Positions 56,618 through 64,000 of a stretch of 64,000 nucleotides of DNA are shown here, in pieces. Made by a program: the position numbers and the translations under genes. A model generated the notes under the pieces. It was given only the letters and a program-made list of their open reading frames with translations. It was not told where the DNA came from and did no database searches. Source of the DNA: the human T2T-CHM13v2.0 reference genome, Homo sapiens; NCBI RefSeq assembly GCF_009914755.1, contig NC_060930.1; one strand, written 5' to 3'. Position 1 is the first letter of the stretch, and each line of letters starts with the position of its first letter.

Positions 56618-57432
56618 ATTTTTTAAATTGATAAATATAACAAGAATTGTATATTTTTATGGTGTACAACATGATGTTTTCACATATGCATACACTGGCA
56701 TTCCAACTAGCTAAATCAAGCTAATTAACATATCCAATATCTCACATACCTATCATTTGTTGTAATACGAACATTTAAAATCTATCTTAGCAATTTTCAA
56801 GTATATAATATATTATTATTAACTATAGTCACTATGTTGTACAATTAATCTCCTGAGCTTATTCTATCTAACTAAAATTTTATATTCTTTGACCAACATC
56901 TCTACAACCCTGGCCCATCCACCAGGCCAGCCTCTGCCAACCACCATTCTACTCTCTGCTTCTATGAGTTCAGCTTTCTGAGATTCCACCCATAAGTGAG
57001 ATCACACAGTATTTGTCTTTCTCTGCCTGGCTTGTTTCACTTAGCATAATCTCCTCCGGGTCCATTTATTTGTTGCCAATAACAGGATTTCCTTCTTTTT
57101 TAATGGCTGAATAATATTCCATTTTATATATGTAAAGCATTTCATTATATGTAGATATCATGGAATATTCTTTATGTGACATATATATGCATATACATAC
57201 ATATCGCATTTTCCTTATCCATTCATTCATGGATGGACGTTTGAGTTGTTTCCATATCTCAGCTAGCGTGAACAGTGCTGCAGTGAACCTGGGGGTGCAG
57301 AGATCTCCCTAACATACTAATTTCATTTATTTTAGCTGTATACCGAGATGCAGGATTGCTGGATCATAGGGTAGTCCTATTTTTAATTTTTTGAGGAAAT
57401 TTCACACTGTTTTCCATAATGACTGTGCTAGA
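56618..57432 (-). mobile_element. L1MA-type 3' end
   Basis: accaccattctactctctgcttctatgagttc...ataagtgagatcacacagtatttgtctttc...ggattgctggatcatagggtagtcctattttt. Confidence 0.92.
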
Positions 57433-57555
57433 GAGTGGGGTGAGTTTTCATTTTAATAATCGTGTAGTAATACAAATGTGTATTAGGAAAAATATATACT
57501 TGACAAACTTATGATTTCATTGTCATTATATATACTGACATAAATTTTCCCTTTT

Positions 57556-57861
57556 AATTAATTATTTATTGAAGACATGGTCTTACTCTGTCCCCCAGGC
57601 TGAGTGCAGTGCTATGATCACAGCTCACTGTGGCCTTGAACTCTTGGGCTCAAGCGATCCTCTCACCTCAGCCTCTCAAGTAGTTCGAACTGCAAGGGTG
57701 TGCCACCATGCCTGGCTAATTTTTTTTTTTTTTTTTTTTTTTAAGAGACAGGGGTCTCACTATGTTGCCCAGGCTGGTTTTGAACTCCTGAACTCAAGAA
57801 AATCCTCTCACTTTGGCCTCCCAAAGTGCTGGGATTACAGGCATGAGCCACTGTGCCCAGT
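57556..57861 (-). mobile_element. Alu SINE (AluJ-type)
   Basis: Reverse-complement Alu. TSD aaattttccctttt at 57542-57555 and 57863-57876. Confidence 0.95.
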
Positions 57862-57980
57862 CAAATTTTCCCTTTTTAAATAAACCAACTTAATTTTTAA
57901 AGTGAGTTAACACAATATTAGGCAAACAACAGTGAATTAGTCCTCACATATACTGCAGACTGTGAATTTGGTGGTGAGTG

Positions 57981-58570
57981 ACGTTTCGGAAACCCATATG
58001 AGGGAGAGGTGGCAGGGAGGTGAAGAGGGGCTGCCCCGAGGACAGGGCCCTGCGGGGAGAGTTGAAATAACAAAACTAAGACAGAGAAAGTCGACTCAGA
58101 AAGTTCCTCCATGAGCTCTCACATATATTGGATTCTTCCTTCATCACCAGTCCCCTGTGGTGTAACGTATTCTCGTCGAATTTTCTATAGAATAATTGAG
58201 GCCCTCACGAGGTTAACTAAAACACTAAGGTCACCCAGCAAGTTAGCAGTGCAAAGAGAATTAACAAAACGGCCGCCCTCGCCCAGTTGAGAACATCGGC
58301 ATCTCTCACCTCCGAAGTTCCGAGGGTGCCGCAAGACGGAAAATGAAACTTTCTGTAAAGCAAACTGAGTAAAATAGAGGACTTCGGAGGAAAAAATAAG
58401 GGCTGCGGCTGGCTTGGAAAACATTACATTGTTTTCATTACCGTATGTACTTTGAGATGACCCAATTTGAAGGTGCTTGAAGAAGCTTGCTGAATATATG
58501 TTCTGTCTCTTTTCCTCTTTCCAAATAAGGCTACATTCACAGGTGCTTGCGACTTCAGCAACTTGTGACG
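57981..58570. promoter_or_regulatory. CpG-retaining patch; candidate promoter or enhancer
   Basis: About 22 CpGs in ~590 bp by manual count, versus sparse CpGs in other non-Alu DNA here. ISRE match GAAAATGAAACT at 58339-58350. Function is inferred only. Confidence 0.4.
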
Positions 58571-59184
58571 GGGCAGACACAGTTCAACCCATAATACACA
58601 ATACAGAATGTGGATTTTATTCTAAATGTAATCTCTTGGAGAATTTTAAGCAGGTGAATGATATGATCTGATTTCTGCTTTTTAAAGGTCACTCAGGGCC
58701 GGGCGCAGTGGCTCACGCCTGTAATCCCAGCACTTTGGGAGGCTGAGGTGGGCAGATCACGAGGTCAGGAGATCGAGACCAGCCTGGCCAACATGGTGAA
58801 ACCCCGTCTCTACTGAAAATACAAAAAACAATTAGCCAGGCGTGGTGGCCTGTGGTCTCAGCTACTCGGGAGGCTGAGGCAGGAGAATGGCGTGAACCCG
58901 GGAGGCGAGCTTGCAGTGAGCCGAGATCGCACCACTGCTCTCCAGCCTGGGCGACAGAGCAAGACTCTGTCTCAAAAAAAAAAAAAACAAGGTCACTCAG
59001 GTTGCTGTGTGGAGAATGGATTATTAGGGCCAAAACCAGAGGCAGGGACACCAGTTAGTCCAAAAATTCAGGCAGGAGATGCTGGTGGCTTGGAAGAAGG
59101 TGTTCTGGTAACTGTAACCAGGTATATGCAGCACTTAGGCAGGTGGGGCCTCTCAAAGAATTGAACCAGGAAATGAGCTAACAC
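58518..59184 (+). repeat. Copy A of a ~360-bp local duplication (contains an Alu)
   Basis: Colinear with 61072-61431 once 58697-59000 (Alu plus one TSD copy) is removed. Confidence 0.95.
58697..58987 (+). mobile_element. Young Alu (S/Y mosaic diagnostics)
   Basis: CpG-rich Alu. TSD aaggtcactcag at 58685-58696 and 58989-59000. Confidence 0.96.
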
Positions 59185-59724
59185 TCAATCCAGAGAACTC
59201 CTAGTCCCTAAAAAGCCAGGTTGGCCACACTGGAGAGTCCACATCCTATCTAACACAATGTCCGGCTCTTGCAAAGACAAGAAAGGGCGTTCCATAAAAG
59301 ATGAATGAGAGTCCTTCTCAACATCAACTTTGTAGCTGAGTTTTCCACCTGGCCCCCAATTATCCAGATAACTTATTAAAAGAAAACTTGTCATCCATGA
59401 GTTTCTCTACACCAAGGGAAGATGGTTCCATTTCCCAGTCTCCACCATTGTAGGGATAATGAGCTCCATAAGCCTATCCCTGTTGTATGAGGAGAAGGAG
59501 AGGGTACTCGACCCAGAGCTCTTCCAGGAATCCTTACACTGGCTGCATTCTCAGTCTGGGAAGGCCAATTGTGTTCAATCCATTGCCCTGACTAGTGCTT
59601 CCTCAGCCCTGCCACCACGATTCACCAATTCCTTCTTTGTCCCTGCCCTGCCTCTTGCCCCATCTCTTTCCTTCCTCTGTCCCTGACCCCCAAGGCTCTC
59701 CTAGGCTTCCAGCTTCAGAGCTCA

Positions 59725-60447
59725 TGATTCACTCACTCACTCAGCATTTACATGAGAGCACCTACTGTGTGCCAGGCTCTGCTCTAGATCCTGGGCATCC
59801 GGGCACCATGCTTGCTCTCATGAAGCTTATATTCTAGTCAGAAGAGACAAGCAAATAGAAGAATCAGTTTGGCCAGGTACAGTGGCTCAGGCCTGTAATC
59901 CTAGCACTTTGGGAGGCCAAGGCGGATGGATCACCTGAGGTCAGGAGTTTGAGACCAGCCTGGCCAATGTGGCAAAACCCCATCTTTACTAAAAATACAA
60001 AAATTACCTGGGCGTAGTGGTGGGCGCCTATAATCCCAGCTACTTGGGAGGCTGAGGCAGGAGAATTTCTCGAACCCAGGGGGCGGAGGTGGCAGTGAGC
60101 CAAGATCACACCACTTCTCTCCAGCCTGGGTGAAAGAGCAAAACTCCGTCTCAAAAACAAAACAAAACAAAACAAAACAAAAGAAGAATCGATTTAAAAA
60201 CATCAAATAGTGATAGTGCTCTCTATGCAGGAGTATTTAAAAACAAAACAAAACACTAATGTGAAAGAAAGTGAACAAGTGAGTACTTTACAGTCTGAGA
60301 AAGCCTCTCTGAGAAGATCATGTTTGTCAGGCTATCTAAACCATGTGAAGAGTAAGTGAACAGCAGTCCAGGTAGATGAATAGCTCGTGCAAAGGCCCTG
60401 GGGTAGGGTGAAAGGGAAGGTTCACAGAGCTGAATGAAGGCCAGTGT
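59725..60447 (-). mobile_element. L2 relic interrupted by an Alu
   Basis: attcactcactcactcagcatttacatgagagcacctactgtgtgccaggctctgctctag...gtgcaaaggccctgggg. Confidence 0.75.
59871..60183 (+). mobile_element. Alu SINE (AluS-type) with (CAAAA)n tail
   Basis: Both arms. TSD-like gaagaatc on both sides. Confidence 0.96.
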
Positions 60448-60448
60448 G

Positions 60449-60643
60449 CAGTAATTCTCAATGGGGCTTCAGTGACAATATGATGTGTGACTGTTCCATG
60501 CACTTGGGGATTTGTAGCATCCCTGGCCTCCCTCCCACTAAATGCTGGTCAAGCCCCTAGTCCTAACTACTGAAAACTAGACACACACACTTTTTCCAGT
60601 GGCATTTGGGCAGCTGTAGTGCTGCCCTAGTCAAGAAGCACAG
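60449..60643 (-). mobile_element. MER20-like hAT MITE
   Basis: Reverse complement contains gcatttagtgggagggaggccagggatgct. Terminus cagtaattctcaa. Confidence 0.7.
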
Positions 60644-60718
60644 CAGGCAGGAATGAGCACAGTTTAAGGGGGACAAAGAGGAAGGTGGGCCTGCATCACA
60701 CCAGCCTTTGTAGGCAGT

Positions 60719-61149
60719 TGTATTATTTTCCTAGGACTACTGTAATGAAGTACCACAAATTGGGTGGCTGAGATAACACAACTTTATTAACTCACCATTC
60801 TGCAGACTGGAAGTCTAAAATCAAGGTGTCAGCATTTCTAGTTCCTTCTGAGGTCTGCAAGGGAGGATCTGTCCCATGCCTTTCTTCTAACTTCTCGTGG
60901 GCTCAAGCATTTTGCTTTGTAGACACTGTGCTCCCTGTGCCTTCACATTGTCTTCCCTCTGTACATGTCTGTCTCTGGGTCTAAATTGCCTTTTTCATAA
61001 GGGCATCAGTCATATTGGTTTAGGGCCCACCTACCAACCCCATCTTACCTTAATCATCTGCAAAGAACCTATTTCCAAATAAGGTTACATTCACAGGTAC
61101 TTGGGACTTCAGCATCTTTTGGGCGAGACACAGTTCAACCCATAATACA
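60719..61149 (-). mobile_element. MaLR MLT1 solo LTR
   Basis: gtaccacaaattgggtggct...tggaagtctaaaatcaaggtgtcagca...acacagttcaacccataataca. Confidence 0.88.
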
Positions 61150-61431
61150 GGATATGGGATTTGGATTTTATTCTAAATGTAATCTCTTGGAGAATTTTAA
61201 GGAGGTGAGTGACATGATCTGATTTCTGTTTTTAAAAGGTCGCTCAGGTTGCCGTGTGGAGAATGGATTATTGGCGGCAAGACCAGAAGCAGGGATACCA
61301 GTGAATGCAAAAATTCAGGCAGGAGATGCTGGTGGCTTGGAAGAAGGTGTCCTGGTAACTGTGGTCAGGTATATTCAGCACTTAGGCAGGTGGGGCCTCT
61401 CAAAGAACTGAACTAAGAAGTAGGCTAACAC
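61072..61431 (+). repeat. Copy B (probable donor) of the ~360-bp local duplication
   Basis: Colinear with 58518-59184, and contiguous with the complete MLT1 LTR. Confidence 0.95.
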
Positions 61432-62443
61432 ATCCAATGCTCTGCTAGGGAAAGCTGTCTGGGGACAGCCCACCCAAGTACAAACTGTGGGACCTGAAGG
61501 CAGGCAGCCTTCAAGTAGAGACCAGAAGATGACCTAGACAAGTTTCTGAGTGCAGAGGACAGAATTAGGAGATCTTCCAAGTGCCCTTCCAACTGCAGGG
61601 GTATATAGTGCTAACAATATCCACACTGTAAGTCAAGACAAGAATCTGCCTCTGCCATGTTGGGCAACTCAGGCCGAGCATTTACATGAGAGGGCAATGG
61701 CCTCGTTACCTCACTCTTGCTCCATCCCTCTCTCCAGCTGACAATGGCATACACCAGGGCCACACACTGCCACTTCCTTTTCAGAGCTGTACCAATACAC
61801 ATCCCTTCCAATCAATTAATATTTCCATCTCAGTGAACAAGAACAAGTTAACACGCTGACAGTGTGGGCTACCTTCCAGGGTTTGTCTGCTGACAGATTA
61901 AAAAGTATGTCAACATGGCTTGATATTAACAAATATTGCAAAGCAGGAGCCTTTGTTTGTTTTGTTTTGTTTTGTTTTCCTAGTTTATTGGTAGTGCTGG
62001 CGAACCCACGCCTGCATTCATCCAAAGGTAGACCGACCAGGTGATGTCAGCCCAGCCAAGACCTCAGTATGTGAAAGTGCTGGTGAACTGCAGCAGCCAG
62101 TCAGTTGCTCACTCCTGCTGGGTGAATCAGCCAGGAGAAGAGCAGCCAGCGAGTAGGTGTGCAGCTTCTTTATTATGCAATTGGAGGGGATGACATGGTT
62201 GTCATAAGATGCACTTTTAAGTGGCTGAGTTTTCAATATCGAAGGTGAAAGCAATAGAAGATTTTTGCAACTTTTAAAGAAAAGGTTTTTTTTTTAATGG
62301 TGTCTTTTAATTTTTTAAATAAAGCACTAAATGAACCTTTTCTCACTCTCCATCCTCTCTGGCTGCCTGCTCACAAATAGTGATTAAGGGCTGTCTGACA
62401 TCCAAGGTCACTGGACTGGCAGGGATACAGAGCCCCTCTAGAA

Positions 62444-62800
62444 GAGGGTTTGCCAACTATGGCCCACCGCTCCATTCCAGCCCACCATCTGCTTCTGTGC
62501 ACCCCATGAGCAAAGCCTGGCTTTCACATTTTTAAATGGTTAAAAAAAATCAAAAAAGCCATATTTCATAACACACGACTCACATTTCATCACACATGAA
62601 AATTAAAATTACGGGAAATTCAAGTTTCAACATCCATAAAGAAAGGTGTATTGAAACATGGCCATGCTCATTTGTTTACATATTATCTATGACCGCTTTC
62701 ATGAAATAACAGCAAGGTTGAACAGTTTTCAGAGACTGTGTGGCCTATAAAGTCTAAAATGTTGACTGATTCTTTAGAGGAAAAAGTTTGATGACTCCTA
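62444..62800 (+). mobile_element. MER58B-like hAT-Charlie MITE
   Basis: gagggtttgccaactatggccc...ccatgctcatttgtttacatattatctatg...aaaaagtttgatgactccta. 8-bp TSD-like ctctagaa / ctatagag. Confidence 0.8.
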
Positions 62801-62858
62801 CTATAGAGTTTGAGGAAGAAGCATACTGGATCCTGTTATTTGGTCTCTATGCATTTTC

Positions 62859-63164
62859 TTTTTTTTTTTTTTTTTTTTTTTGAGACGGAGTCTTGCTCTG
62901 TCACCCAGGCTGGAGTGTAGTGGTGCGATCTCAGCTCACTGCAACCTTCACCTCCCGGATTCAAGCAATTCTCCCTGCCTTAGCCTCCCGAGTAGCTGGG
63001 ATTACAGGCGTGCACCACGACACCCAGCTCATTTTTATGTATTTAATTGAGAGGGGGTTTTGCCATGTTGGCCAGGCTGGTCTCAAACTCCTGACCTCAG
63101 GTGATCCACCTGCCTTGGCCTCCCAAAGTGTTGGGATTACAGGCGTGAGCCACTGCATCTGGCC
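62859..63164 (-). mobile_element. Alu SINE (AluS-type)
   Basis: Poly(T), then reverse-complement Alu. TSD tcta(t/g)gcattttc. Confidence 0.97.
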
Positions 63165-63714
63165 TCTAGGCATTTTCAATTACTCTCCTAACTGTTTTAG
63201 ATTACTTTTATTCATTTAAAAATCTACATTAAGCTCCTAACTAGGCAGGCAACATGCTGGGTCCTGGAGGTACAACTGAGAACAATGAGGGACAGTCCCT
63301 GTTCTCAGAGCTGAAAGTCCAGTAGAAGAGCAGGTGTTCATCACACCATGCAAATGCAGTCTACCAAAAAACAATAACCTTGGCAAGTGTTCAGACGGGA
63401 GGTCCATAGAGCTATAAAAGCACAACATAGGTGAATTGACCTCCTGTTCTGGGATATCAAGGAAGATATGCCAAAGTGTAGATTAATGATTGATCTGGAA
63501 TTTGTAGGAAACGTTGAAGCTAGGAAGGGAAGAGGGAAGACAAGGAGTATTTCAATTTCTTGACCATATCCTTCTTACTTTCTTCCAGTCCTTACTGTAC
63601 TGGGATGGGGTGAAGCACAGAAAAGGAAGGGAACAAGGATGAGGCAAAGGTGGAGGGTTAGGTAGGATCCAAGCTATGCAGATAAGAATGGTGGGAAGTT
63701 GTGCAAGATGTTCT

Positions 63715-64000
63715 CAGCAGCACTATGCCATTAGCAAAACTCTGGAAGCAACCAAAAGACCAGAGGAGAATCGATAAATAAAAACTGTTGTATTCACACA
63801 ATGGAATATTAAAAAGCAGTGAAAGCAAATCCACTACAACCACATGCAACAACATGGGTGAGTCTTAGCAACACGTTATGAAATAAACAAAGCAGGTCCC
63901 AGTAGATAACACATAATACGACAAACTTTTCAAAAATTTAAAGGTAACTAAAATTTAACAAGACATATTTTAGGAATATACTACTGTAATAAAACCATGT
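63715..64000 (+). mobile_element. L1M fragment running off the window end
   Basis: ctggaagcaaccaaaagacc...tattcacacaatggaatatt...atgcaacaacatgggtgagtctta. Confidence 0.8.

Noticed and set aside
58309-58390. 10-bp inverted repeat cctccgaagt / acttcggagg around the ISRE match
   Set aside because: Several such pairs are expected by chance at this spacing, and there is no TSD to suggest a MITE.

Overview
This is primate (human-like) genomic DNA from an intronic or intergenic region. I see no credible protein-coding exon, RNA gene, CRISPR array or prokaryotic system, and I cannot identify the locus from sequence alone. Much of the window is interspersed repeat: about 25 Alu elements or fragments, 3' ends of old L1M elements, L2 and MIR relics, solo LTRs and hAT-type MITEs. 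Repeat subfamily names come from my recollection of consensus sequences, not from a RepeatMasker run, and boundaries of old elements are approximate. The supplied ORFs are Alu-derived or chance ORFs. I found no evidence for a large novel multi-gene system. The best leads are: (i) a probable retroposed mRNA 3' end inside an MLT1 LTR (26.0-26.4 kb); (ii) a CpG-retaining, promoter-like patch with an ISRE match and a minus-strand splice donor (58.0-58.6 kb); (iii) a ~360-bp local duplication next to that patch, dated by an Alu insertion; (iv) two templated micro-rearrangement scars; (v) a TALE/POU motif cluster near 55.1 kb; and (vi) a recursive-splice-site-like junction at 65/66.
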